Positions 9,227 through 19,100 of a stretch of 64,000 nt of DNA are shown in pieces. The stretch's first letter is position 1. Every line of letters begins with the position of its first letter. The notes under the pieces are model-generated. The model saw only the letters and a list, made by a program, of their open reading frames with translations. It had not been told where the DNA came from and ran no database searches. A program made the translations under genes and the position numbers. Origin of the DNA: a virus (taxonomy: Duplodnaviria; Caudoviricetes); IMG/VR virus record IMGVR_UViG_2667527676_000002, positions 29,563 to 93,562 of that record, one strand, 5' to 3'.

Positions 9227-9574
9227 TCACTGCATCTCACTACGCGCCAATAGTCCGGTAGCAAAGGAGCTCAGTTCCAGCCTGGGTTCAGGAGTGTCGG
9301 CTTGATATTTCCTCCAGGCGCGCTCCAGTTGCACGCCGTAGATTGCTCCTTCTGAGGCTACAAATGCTGCCGCGTCCTCGCGGGCATAGGCATAGCTGTT
9401 GTGCCCGAAATGATCGCTTGTGTGGCCGGTTGCTGAAGTGCCCATTACAGTGAGAATGACGGTGCCACGGGCAAGCTCCTCCAATCCGTCCGAGACCTCG
9501 GCGGCGACGCATATCTGACAGGAAAATACGATGTGGAAGAGCCAGATGCGGCCCCGACGTTTTTTCGTTTCCAT
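9227..9574 (-). CDS. DUF2388-family protein
   Basis: AREDAAAFVASEGAIYGVQL motif. Confidence 0.7.
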   Translation of the reverse strand: METKKRRGRIWLFHIVFSCQICVAAEVSDGLEELARGTVILTVMGTSATGHTSDHFGHNSYAYAREDAAAFVASEGAIYGVQLERAWRKYQADTPEPRLELSSFATGLLARSEMQ

Positions 9575-9703
9575 AACTTGAACATCCTCTGTTCGTCATC
9601 GGCTATACACCGCTTGTCCATTACCAGACGGCCAAGCCGGGGGCAGGGTCTTGGGCTGACGTAGCGTTTTTCAATACCATCACTTCGGCCGGCCTGCGCG
9701 CCA

Positions 9704-9949
9704 TCATTCACCTGCTTTTGAGAACTTGTCCCGTCGAAAAAAAAGGTCAACCCCGAGGATGCCAAGGCAAATCCCCAAGATATCAAGACCAAAGCCTGCC
9801 AACTTGACCGAGGAGAATCGAAGAATAAGCACCCAAGCCGCAACAAACACAGCGATCCCAAGCCACTTACGGACCTCCCTGTTGCGCACTAGGTGACCGA
9901 CTGCAACAATGACTACAGTCCAGATGGCAAACTGGATGACATCATTCAT
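9704..9949 (-). CDS. Small multi-TM protein (possible AlpE-like)
   Basis: Three hydrophobic segments, GGAG RBS, ATGA overlap. Confidence 0.7.
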   Translation of the reverse strand: MNDVIQFAIWTVVIVAVGHLVRNREVRKWLGIAVFVAAWVLILRFSSVKLAGFGLDILGICLGILGVDLFFRRDKFSKAGE

Positions 9950-10434
9950 GCAGGTTCTCCAGCACTCTGGACGATCTCCGACTTGACAGAATGCTGGGGC
10001 CCGATCCCGCCGGACACCTCCCCTTCAACGCAGATAATGACGTCTCCAGCGTGGTAGGTCGGCAAGGTCTGCTGAGTAGCCCAACGAACTGCGAGGCCGC
10101 TGCCAACCCCAACAAAAGTGTTGATGCGTTTACCGGCGACACCCGCAAGCATACCGACCATACCAGCAACGGTGACGCGCTGCTGGTTCAGAGAGTCAGC
10201 CTGAGATCGGGTCAAGGGCAGCGAGACAAAGACTCTCAGTACGCAAGGTCGATCCTTCGCCTGCATCCTGTCGAAAATCTCAACCGCAAGATCAGCCACT
10301 GCATGGCTGGCCTTCGCTGATGAACAGTATTTCATGTGAAGCAGCCGGCTGCGCTCCGCCCACGCGAGACGAATGATCGCCAAGCTGAAGTTGATGCCGT
10401 GCTGGCTGTGAATGTGCGTCCGTTCGATATCCAT
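9946..10434 (-). CDS. Hypothetical protein (possible AlpD-like)
   Basis: GGAAGG RBS, glycine-rich hydrophobic segment. Confidence 0.65.
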   Translation of the reverse strand: MDIERTHIHSQHGINFSLAIIRLAWAERSRLLHMKYCSSAKASHAVADLAVEIFDRMQAKDRPCVLRVFVSLPLTRSQADSLNQQRVTVAGMVGMLAGVAGKRINTFVGVGSGLAVRWATQQTLPTYHAGDVIICVEGEVSGGIGPQHSVKSEIVQSAGEPA

Positions 10435-10538
10435 AGCGTTCCTTCCGTGCTTCGAGCGCGCAGTTTCGATAGCCAGAAACACCACAACCACTAGCAGAAC
10501 AGCTAGCTCTCAACATCCACGCCCAGACGGAGTTAGAC

Positions 10539-10802
10539 TCAGCGCTCCGCCTCATAGGCAGCAACGCCCGTCCCTATGGCACGCCACTCATTCTGCGGCA
10601 TGCGCGCGTCGCAGATGAATACCTCGACTTCGCCGCTTTCCTTCGGCTCCGCCGGCCGGATCGCTGCATGCCGGAGAATCGTCTGCATGTCTGGGACGTA
10701 GCTGCTCTCCGAGCCGTGGAATGACCAGATGCCAAACTTCCCTGCTCCACCCACCTGGTGGTCGAGTTTCACCGACCAGCCCTTGAATCGAATGACCAGC
10801 AT
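10539..10802 (-). CDS. Hypothetical protein downstream of the lysis genes
   Basis: GGAG RBS, clean ORF. Confidence 0.65.
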   Translation of the reverse strand: MLVIRFKGWSVKLDHQVGGAGKFGIWSFHGSESSYVPDMQTILRHAAIRPAEPKESGEVEVFICDARMPQNEWRAIGTGVAAYEAER

Positions 10803-10837
10803 CGCCCTGCTCCGTAGGAAAAGGTTGTAGTCTACTC

Positions 10838-11101
10838 CTAATTCTGACAGGCCCTGTTGGCAGCCAGCAGTTGGGCTTCATACCCGATCCGCTGCCGCCG
10901 CTCGGCCAGCAGCGCGCGGACCTTGGTCTGTAGGTCGTCGCTCTTCTTCAGCCCAGCCGCTGCCCAGGCCGGCACCTCGACCGCGGGCGCTCGGCACGGC
11001 ACCGCCACCGGAACTTCTACGCGCACCGTGCGCGGCTCGGCTTCCTGCCGGCCGGCGCATCCCACCAGCGCGACAATCATCAGCATCAGCACCACCCTCA
11101 T
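10838..11101 (-). CDS. Rz1: o-spanin lipoprotein
   Basis: LVGC lipobox, proline-rich, follows Rz. Confidence 0.8.
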   Translation of the reverse strand: MRVVLMLMIVALVGCAGRQEAEPRTVRVEVPVAVPCRAPAVEVPAWAAAGLKKSDDLQTKVRALLAERRQRIGYEAQLLAANRACQN

Positions 11102-11466
11102 AGACCCAGCTCCTGATCGATGACCGCCTCGGCGGCCGCACACTGCTCACCGGCGGTTCGCTGACTCAGCAGGCGTTGGGCTCCGGCATACTGCTCCGCG
11201 GCCTGCTGCCGCCCCCGATCCACAGCTTGCGCGGCATCCCGGGCGCGCTGCTCGCCGGCCAGGCGGAGCGCGGCAACCTGCCGGACCTGCTCCGCCACTG
11301 CGGACTCCAACTCTCCCCGGGAGGCACGGCAGGCGACCAGATCCGCCAGCGCAGCATCGAGCTGCGGCCGGTAATGACGTGCGCTGAGCCAGACACCGCC
11401 GGCGGCGCCGAGGCCAAGCAGTAGCAGGCAGGCCAGCGCGACCGATAAAGCACGGGCGGAGATCAC
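11098..11466 (-). CDS. Rz: i-spanin
   Basis: GTG start overlapping the endolysin stop, N-terminal TM plus coiled coil. Confidence 0.8.
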   Translation of the reverse strand: MISARALSVALACLLLLGLGAAGGVWLSARHYRPQLDAALADLVACRASRGELESAVAEQVRQVAALRLAGEQRARDAAQAVDRGRQQAAEQYAGAQRLLSQRTAGEQCAAAEAVIDQELGL

Positions 11467-12092
11467 GACAGCACCCTCTTCGCCCGCTCCCACAGCGCCA
11501 GGCGCTCCGCCTGGCCGTTGAGCCCACCGTTGATGCGCCGAGTGATGGCGGCGAACTCGCCGCGGTCGGCTAGGTCGTTCAAGCCGTGATTGGCCCACCA
11601 CCAGGCGGCAGACAGCGCCGCCCACTCCGGTTGCTCAAGCAGTTCCGGCTCCGCTTCCAGCGGCTGGCCCAGCCCGGTGCCGGCGGCGCGGTAGTTCGAC
11701 CGGCCGGTGATCTGCAGCAGCCCGCGCCCGCGGTAGCACCAGCCATCGCCGGACGCCTCGTCGCCGTTCCCGTTGCGCGAGGCATAGGCGTTGTTGGCGA
11801 TAGCCCGGGGTTTCCGCGCCAGGCGCTGCGCCAGGGCGTTGGGCTGGCCGTCGGCGCCGAGGTATCGGCTCGGCCAGGTCGCCGCCAAGCCGCGCGCGCT
11901 GTAGTTGAGGTTTTCCACCAGCCGGGTCAACTGGCCGCTTTCGTGGCCGACCTGGGCGAGGAACGCGGCGACCCGCACCGGCGACGTGATACCGAACCGG
12001 GTCATCCCGCGGTTCAGCGCTCCAACAAAAACGCCGGCTCGAGGGCCGGCGTTCGGGAGGATATGCAGCAGTTGCTGCTCGGTGATGGGCAT
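11463..12092 (-). CDS. Endolysin, glycoside hydrolase family 19
   Basis: FLAQVGHES, YRGRGLLQITGRSNY, TRRINGG. Confidence 0.92.
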   Translation of the reverse strand: MPITEQQLLHILPNAGPRAGVFVGALNRGMTRFGITSPVRVAAFLAQVGHESGQLTRLVENLNYSARGLAATWPSRYLGADGQPNALAQRLARKPRAIANNAYASRNGNGDEASGDGWCYRGRGLLQITGRSNYRAAGTGLGQPLEAEPELLEQPEWAALSAAWWWANHGLNDLADRGEFAAITRRINGGLNGQAERLALWERAKRVLS

Positions 12093-12151
12093 AGACAACC
12101 TCACTTCAGGTAGAATTCTGCCGCCTTGTAACTATGGATGAATGCAAGCCA

Positions 12152-13795
12152 ATGAAACGCTCCGCCTCGTTAATTGCTTTTCTGCTCCTATCAGCCTCCC
12201 TGCACGCCGCTGAACACCCTCAAAAGTCTCTTGCCGCGAGATCAGCGGTAGAGCTAGCGCCATTCCAGTGGTCTTGGATGGATCCTGTCTCATACGATGA
12301 AGCAGGTCTTCAAAAAACGGCGGCCAAAAAAGATCCGCTTCGACCATTCTTCTTAGCGTTCAGACTTCTTGTGGAGCACGAAAAAACCGGGGAAGAAAAA
12401 AGTCTGACCAGTGCAAAGAGAGTACTGGACTTCATGCTTGATGAATATCAGCCAGCAACTAGAGAGGCAGATGGGACTCGATGGTTCTATGGCTTTGACT
12501 ATGACCGAGGCATCAAGGCGCCTTGGTGGTCAGGAATGGATGGCTTCTTCGGACCAATGACACTGTTTGCAGGGTGGCAAGCCACTGGTGAAGAGCGCTA
12601 TCGAGAAGCCGCATTGAAAAGCGCGAAACTCATGATTCGACAGCCAACCGAAGGCGGATCTCTTTGGAGAGATGGTGACTCCTGCTGGATTTCAGAATAC
12701 TCCTGGAATGGGATAACTAGGGATAAAGAGTACCATGTGCTAAATGGCCACCTTTGGGGGCTTCAGGCGCTCTATATGCTAGCAGAAGCATCTGGTGATA
12801 AAGCCCTAAACGAAGCATACCAATGCGCGCGCAAGGGTACGCTTGACAGACTCCCGGAGTTCTATAACTCGACAGGAAGTTGGACTTGGTACCAGCTTGT
12901 CCCAAAGGTTATAAACCCAACACACTATAACATATTAGAAACCGCACAGTTCAGAGCGCTGCATGCAATAACCAGAGACAACGCTTATAAAGACCCGGAA
13001 CAGCGCAGAATCGCGGCATTTCAAAAAGCATATCCTCTATACTTAATCGAAACAAAAAAAGGACTTGAAATACAGTTCTCAATGATGGGGGCGCCAAATG
13101 CTTACTGGACAGATACTTACCCGGTTACAGTAAGCTGTACTGTTGGAAACAAAACCGTAAGCCAAACCAACAAAGACGCCTACAGCACCAAACCAATTCA
13201 TGAACGGATGATATTACGACTTCCAGTCAATAAAGTTCCGAAAAAGTGCTCAGTATCCGTGAAAAGCAGCATGGATATCGCCATGTACACTCAAAGTAAG
13301 TTCAAAACGATCAAATCACCAGTTGAAGATTTTGTAAAACTCACACCATTACCATCTATGCAAGCCTCAAGTCTTCAAGAAGGAATTATACACATCACCA
13401 CAGAGAAAGGTGATACCGCAAAGCCCGGTGAGGGAAGAGTCATGTTTGATGTAAACCGAGATCTATCAGAGTCAGAAATGATTGGCATGGTAATACATAC
13501 AACTGAGGACTCTCAGCTAGGAATTGTTCTTGATGGCGCAAACGAAAAACGGGCAAGCAGCTACTACCCCGTAATAAAGTCAGGAAAAGACAATATAGTA
13601 ATCTTCAACAAGCTTGGATTTGATAAAGGCTCAGAGCTAGAAGGCCACATAGCTAAAATTATGCTTAGGTTCTATACAAAACCTAACGAAAGGGACAGAG
13701 ACATAGAAATCAAGGAAGTATCAGTTATCAGAAATACTGCAAACCTTGAAGATTTCTTAAGACGCAACCAGTCAGCAAATTTCCATCAGCAGTAA
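12152..13795 (+). CDS. Moron: exported D-glucuronyl C5-epimerase-family protein
   Basis: Signal peptide (LHA/AE); APWWSGM, WISEY, HVLNGHLWGLQALY, WTWYQL, THYNILE motifs; AT-rich, antisense to the late operon. Confidence 0.8.
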   Translation: MKRSASLIAFLLLSASLHAAEHPQKSLAARSAVELAPFQWSWMDPVSYDEAGLQKTAAKKDPLRPFFLAFRLLVEHEKTGEEKSLTSAKRVLDFMLDEYQPATREADGTRWFYGFDYDRGIKAPWWSGMDGFFGPMTLFAGWQATGEERYREAALKSAKLMIRQPTEGGSLWRDGDSCWISEYSWNGITRDKEYHVLNGHLWGLQALYMLAEASGDKALNEAYQCARKGTLDRLPEFYNSTGSWTWYQLVPKVINPTHYNILETAQFRALHAITRDNAYKDPEQRRIAAFQKAYPLYLIETKKGLEIQFSMMGAPNAYWTDTYPVTVSCTVGNKTVSQTNKDAYSTKPIHERMILRLPVNKVPKKCSVSVKSSMDIAMYTQSKFKTIKSPVEDFVKLTPLPSMQASSLQEGIIHITTEKGDTAKPGEGRVMFDVNRDLSESEMIGMVIHTTEDSQLGIVLDGANEKRASSYYPVIKSGKDNIVIFNKLGFDKGSELEGHIAKIMLRFYTKPNERDRDIEIKEVSVIRNTANLEDFLRRNQSANFHQQ

Positions 13796-13834
13796 AAAAA
13801 TCGGCGCATATTCAATTACCGCATATGCGCCGAT
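13795..13834. terminator. Hairpin terminator between the epimerase and tail genes
   Basis: 12-bp stem ATCGGCGCATAT/ATATGCGCCGAT preceded by an A-run. Confidence 0.6.
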
Positions 13835-13857
13835 AATATTCTATATCTCCCTGATTC

Positions 13858-14097
13858 CTACGCGCCGCCCGTCTCCGGCAGCGGATACCTGGCCTTGATC
13901 TCCTCGACCTTGGCGACCCAGGCGCTGTAGTCCGGTTCCACGCCGGCCTTGATAGCGTCGAACTCGGCCTCGGTCTTGAGCGGGTCACTCTCCAGGCGGT
14001 AGGCATTTGCCCGCGCGACGGCTGCGGCATCGTACTCAGCCTGCCAGCGTTCTTGCGCCTGCTGTTCAGCGGTTTTTACCTTGCTCCAGTCGATCAT
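13858..14097 (-). CDS. Tail-fibre assembly chaperone
   Basis: MIDWSKVKT..., IKARYPLP end; F-pyocin-like position. Confidence 0.7.
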   Translation of the reverse strand: MIDWSKVKTAEQQAQERWQAEYDAAAVARANAYRLESDPLKTEAEFDAIKAGVEPDYSAWVAKVEEIKARYPLPETGGA

Positions 14098-14396
14098 CGC
14101 GGTAACTCCACAGGTCCATCGGTATCGATCAGCAACGGCTCAGGGAAACGGGCGGCGGCACTGGCATCATCAGCCAGCGGGAACCGCAGGATCAGCTCCA
14201 ACTGGCCGGCACGTCGCAGTACAGGACCAGCGAACCACTCCGACCCGATAGCCTCGGCCGGCAACTCTCCGCCCTCCGAGAGCGGTGTGAAGTCGAACGC
14301 CTGGCCATTCACGATGAGCACATCGCCATCTCTGCTCAGTGACAGGTGTTCATTGCTGCCGGGGAGCGGCAAATACGGAGAAAGAGTGATGATCAT
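14094..14396 (-). CDS. Tail-fibre assembly protein
   Basis: LIVNGQAFDFTPL...ARFPEP; coupled to the fibre gene. Confidence 0.7.
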   Translation of the reverse strand: MIITLSPYLPLPGSNEHLSLSRDGDVLIVNGQAFDFTPLSEGGELPAEAIGSEWFAGPVLRRAGQLELILRFPLADDASAAARFPEPLLIDTDGPVELPR

Positions 14397-15205
14397 CAGA
14401 ACCACCTCCCGATGGCGACGACCCTGTTATTCCTAGTCTGAGCGCCTGATGTGAATGATGCCGACGATATGCAGAAGAACCCCACCCCAGCCGTACCCGC
14501 GGATGGATTGAAGTAGGTCGCTCCCTGGTTTCTCGCCGACACGCCAGAGTCATAGTCTCCACCAGCACCAGAAGCGGAGACAGCCCCAGCGATGGGGTAC
14601 GAGGAACTAAAGCTCGCCGGGTACGACCAGTTCGCACCGACCGACGTGACCCCAGCGGTGAAGGTGAGAGTGTTCGTCCAACAAATCTGCGTCCCATCCG
14701 CGAACCGCACATACTCCCCGTTCGCGTTACTCCCGCGATCAATCACCGCACCGGTCGGTACGCCGCTCGACTGCGAAACGGCGCCGAGGATGCTGTCTCG
14801 CGAATACAGCGCGCCCGAACTACCGAGCGCTTCGCGGACAGCCGCACTGCCGAGGCCGAGATCCCCCCGCGCTGCCGCCGCATTTGCAGAGAGCGCCCAG
14901 GGCTTAATCCCCGCCAGGGTTGCCCCCCACTGGCTGGCGATCAGGTTGAATCGATCCGACAGGTCCTTGTCGTAGCCCAGGATCGGCGCCACCGCATAGG
15001 CCTGGCCGCTGGCCGTGCTGCCCTGGTAGTTGGGCTTGATCGAGATGACCGTCGAACTGGCGACGTTTGTGACCTCGTACCAACGTCCATCGGGTCCGCG
15101 AAATGCGTCGCCGACTCGGGCATTGGACGAGAACTGTGTGCCGGTACCGGTAACGGTCGGGCTATTTGCGGTCACCGCCACGGTTCCGGTTGAGTACCAC
15201 GCCAT
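14396..15205 (-). CDS. Tail fibre / receptor-binding protein
   Basis: MAWYSTGTV start, NGEYVRFADGTQICW, AIGRWF end. Confidence 0.85.
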   Translation of the reverse strand: MAWYSTGTVAVTANSPTVTGTGTQFSSNARVGDAFRGPDGRWYEVTNVASSTVISIKPNYQGSTASGQAYAVAPILGYDKDLSDRFNLIASQWGATLAGIKPWALSANAAAARGDLGLGSAAVREALGSSGALYSRDSILGAVSQSSGVPTGAVIDRGSNANGEYVRFADGTQICWTNTLTFTAGVTSVGANWSYPASFSSSYPIAGAVSASGAGGDYDSGVSARNQGATYFNPSAGTAGVGFFCISSASFTSGAQTRNNRVVAIGRWF

Positions 15206-15217
15206 AGAGTTCTCCTG

Positions 15218-15904
15218 CTATGCAATGGCCAGAAGAGGCCATGGGAAAGGTGTTCGTATTGCGTCTTGCCCAGGTCCGCCGACTTGAACAGTTGCTACGA
15301 CAGTGTTTCGGGCCGAAGTAACAAACCCAATGGAGCACTCTCCAGTATCACCTTGGGGCGGTTGCGCCTGTACATTGAAATGACTAACCAGAAAATACCC
15401 ATCGGTCCCATGCGGCCACGGCGCTGACCATGAATGCAACGTGTAGTACCCAAGATAATTGCCATTCGTGCCGTAATAATTCAGCAGCTGGGTACCACTT
15501 ATGAACCGAACAAGATCCCTATTACTGTCAAATACCACTCTCGACTGATTGTCAAATATTTGCATCCCCCATCCGCCAGTTTTCGGCATGAACACCGCGC
15601 ATGCCTTCCACTTCCCTCCCAGTACGACACCGCTTGTGTCTTGAAACACCTTCACGTAGAAGCTGAAACCCGTCCAGTTCCCAGACGAACCAGCATGTTG
15701 GAACATCGTTATGTGATGCGAACCATTAGGGCAAAAGAAAACGAACGGCGGGAACGGGCTCTGCACCGGAGATGGGTACGAGACGTTGATGATCTGGGCA
15801 TTAGTGGCTGGGTAGGTACCAGACGCAACCAGATGCAGACAAGGGTGGTCCTGATCGATTATCACCTGACCGGCATTCCCAACAAATTTCGCACCGAAAC
15901 TCAT
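15218..15904 (-). CDS. Tail tip-associated protein
   Basis: WGMQIFD..VVFDSN motif, downstream of gpJ. Confidence 0.75.
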   Translation of the reverse strand: MSFGAKFVGNAGQVIIDQDHPCLHLVASGTYPATNAQIINVSYPSPVQSPFPPFVFFCPNGSHHITMFQHAGSSGNWTGFSFYVKVFQDTSGVVLGGKWKACAVFMPKTGGWGMQIFDNQSRVVFDSNRDLVRFISGTQLLNYYGTNGNYLGYYTLHSWSAPWPHGTDGYFLVSHFNVQAQPPQGDTGECSIGFVTSARNTVVATVQVGGPGQDAIRTPFPWPLLAIA

Positions 15905-16188
15905 GAGAACATCACCGCATATAGAGTGTAATTCGCTGTTACATCACCGGACCAACCAAACGTAATAGTCGAGCCGCTAATGGTATGCCTGGGAATCCAA
16001 GATCTAGAATCCGGCGTATTGCAGACGACAAACATGACACCTTTAGAACCGTCGAACCCAGGGACCGTAACTGAAAGTCCCTGAGGAATGTTCCCCAAGT
16101 CCCGACGATAGACCATCCTCAATGAGTAATTGTTGCTGTCAAAGAGTATTGAGCCGCCGGCCGAACGCGTTCTCATTCCGTAACTCAT
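15901..16188 (-). CDS. Tail tip-associated small protein
   Basis: YGMRTRSAGGSILFDSN; coupled to gpJ. Confidence 0.7.
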   Translation of the reverse strand: MSYGMRTRSAGGSILFDSNNYSLRMVYRRDLGNIPQGLSVTVPGFDGSKGVMFVVCNTPDSRSWIPRHTISGSTITFGWSGDVTANYTLYAVMFS

Positions 16189-19100
16189 ACATCAAGATTC
16201 CCGATCTGGACTCGAAGCACCAAGTTTCCGTCATACACTTTTATTACCTCTGCAGTCTGGCGCATAAACCCTCCCGACGTTGCGCTGTTCATTGTGAACG
16301 CGCCGCCCTTATCCAACTTCCACAGCGGCTCACCGTTGGCACCGAGGGCGGTCGACTGAATCACGTTGCCGATCTTCGCGTTGGTGATCGAGCCGTCCTG
16401 GATCATCGCGTTGTTGATGAACATCTGGCCGCCGACGATCGAGACCGGCGCCACGGTCTGCCCGCTGGAACTGTTGAACCAGAGGAAGCGATCAGCCTGG
16501 AACGCCATGGTCGTCACGCTCGTACCGCTGTCGAAGCCCAGCTGCCATCCCGCCGCATACTTCTGCCCGTTGGTATGCGCCTGGAGCTTCACGCTGTAGA
16601 GCGCCTTGACGTTGCCATCCAGCGAGGTAACCGCTTGAGAGGTGGTCTGGATGTTCGCCTCGTTGGTATCGGTGCGCGCGCTGACGGTATCCACCCGCTG
16701 CCCCAAGGCGCTGTCCGCGTTGGCGCGGACGGTCTGTTCGGTGCTGATCGCCGAGGCGTTGCTCGCGACCTGGCTGGATAGCTGATCCAGGCGTTGGACG
16801 GTGACAGCATTGTTCGACGCAACGACCGACTCCACGGTGGCGATCCTGCCCTCCGCCGTCCCGGTCCGCGCCTCCAGCAAGCTCGTCCGCTTCGCCTGCG
16901 CTTCGTCCTCGTTCGCCCGCACGGTGACTTCGGTGGCGGCTCGAGCAATGGTGTCCCAGCCCTTCAGCGCATCCGCCTTCTCTCCCGTCGCGGGCTCCCG
17001 GCGGGCAGCAGCCTGCAGAACATCCAGGCTCGAAGCAGCCGCCTCGACCTTGCCGTCGAGCTCGGTGATATCCGCGGTGTTGGTTGCCACCTGCTGGGCC
17101 AGGCCGTTGGCCGTCTCGATCGACTGTCCGATGTCGGCCCAGTAGGTCGCGTTCGGCGGCGAGGCGTTGAGCGGCACCGCCTGCTTCGCTTGATACAGCC
17201 GGTTGCCGACCCGCACGATATCGTTCTTCGCGTAGGTCTTCGTCGGGTCGTAGGCCAGCACATCGGTCAGATTGTCGATCTGGTCCTGCAGGCCACTGAT
17301 ATCGACCTGCATCTGGTCGATGTCGGCGAAGAACTGCTCGCCCAGCGCGGACTCGACGTACTCCTGGGTGATCAACTGGTTGTACTCGCTCGCATCCGTC
17401 GAGCTGATGCCGTCGACCCAGGCCGACCATGGACCGACGTTGCCGGTCCGGTCGATCAGCCGCCCGCGGAAGGCCAAGCGAGCGCCGGCCGCCAGCGAGG
17501 TCAGCGTGTGGGTATCGGTCGGGTACGCGAACAAGCCCAAGGCAGTTGCGTTCTGTTCGCTGCCGCCCGGGGTAACCGACTGCTGGATCTCGGTGTAAGC
17601 GGTGTCCGCCGCGCCACTGGCCGGGAATCCCCACTCCAGGCCGATTTTCCACGGTCCGCTGGTGGAACGCAGGAACGCCAGCGCCGGCGGCACGCCGGTC
17701 TTGCCGCTGAGTTGGGTCAGGATCGAACTCTTCCAGGCCGACGTGATGTCGAACGCCGACACCGCGCGCACTCGCGCCAGATATCCACCTGCGTAGATGC
17801 CGGTCACATCGACGCTGGTGGTGCCGGCACGCGGCAGGCGGATCCAGTTGCCGCTGTCCTTCTTCCACTCCACGTCATAGGCGACAGCCCCTTCCACGGG
17901 TGGCCAGGCGATGGTCATCGTGCTGACCGCCAACCCCTGATCGAACTGGTAGTGCGAGGTCACCGTGACGCTTGCCGGCGGAGGCACCGTGGTGATCGGG
18001 ATGACGCTGATCGGGCGGCTCTCCAACTTAGCGCCAGTGTCGATCGCTGAGAACTTCCCGGGCTCGTACTGCAGAGCGGTGATCTCGAAGACACCCCGCT
18101 CTGGCTGGCTGACTTTCATCACACGGTAGAGCGGCACCGCCAGGTCGGCGGCATCGAGGGTCCAGACCAGTTCCGGTAGCGGAGTCTCGCTGTAGGCTGT
18201 CGTCACGGTCACCGCGCGCCCGGCGACCGACTGCACGGTTCGCGCCTCAGCCTTACCACTGGGCAGGTTCAGGAGCAGGCGGTCGCCAGCCTTCGCCTGA
18301 GTATCGCGATCCAAGGTGATCACTCGGCCAGCAACCGCCGAGATCCTCCCGCCGATCTCCCGTCCAGCCAACAGCGCATCAGCCACCGGAATCACCCATC
18401 CCGGCAGCGGTATCGCTCCATCCATCCCGGTACGGAACGTTACCGTGCGATCCTGGCTGTTGGTCAGGATCGCCCATTTTCCGCGCCGCTGGGCCTCACT
18501 CTCGCGGGTGCAGCCAATGGCTGCCACCTCGACCGGGTTGTCGCCGTAACGCCGCTGCAGGCGCTTATCGGTGGCCACAGCCACGTCGGTGTCGTAGTTG
18601 TTCGCCGGATTGTCGTAGCTGACCAAGGCACGGCTGTAGCGAGTGCGCTCACTGGCCGAGCCGTAGCTGAAGCGGCCGTCGATGACATTGGCCCGGGTGT
18701 AGGCGAAATCGACGTCGGTGGCGCGCGGAATATCCGCCTGGATCTTCAGTTGGCCCTGGGCCCAGTACGCCATGCCGCGGTAGATAGCGGTGAGGTCGCG
18801 CAGCAGTTCCCAGGCCCCGGCGCGGCTTTGCAGGTTCAGGTTGCAGGTGTGGCGCGGCTCCTGGCCACCCTTCCCATCCGGCACCAACTGGTCGCAGTAC
18901 TGGGAAATCCGGTACATCTCCCAACGGTCTACCATCCAGGCCTTGATGCGTTTACCCACACCGAAGCGATCGTTGGTCACGATGTCGTAGGTGTGCCAGA
19001 CCGGGTTGTCGGTCCAGGCCTGTTTCATCGTGCCGTCCCAGATGCCGAGGTAGGCCCGGGTCTCCGGATCGTAATTGCTCGGCACTTGAACCTTCCGCCC

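Noticed and set aside
14396-15205. Tail-fibre diversification by DGR or invertase
   Set aside because: No reverse transcriptase, template repeat or invertase seen in the window
16492-18050. Long alternative ORFs over gpJ
   Set aside because: GC-rich codon-bias shadows
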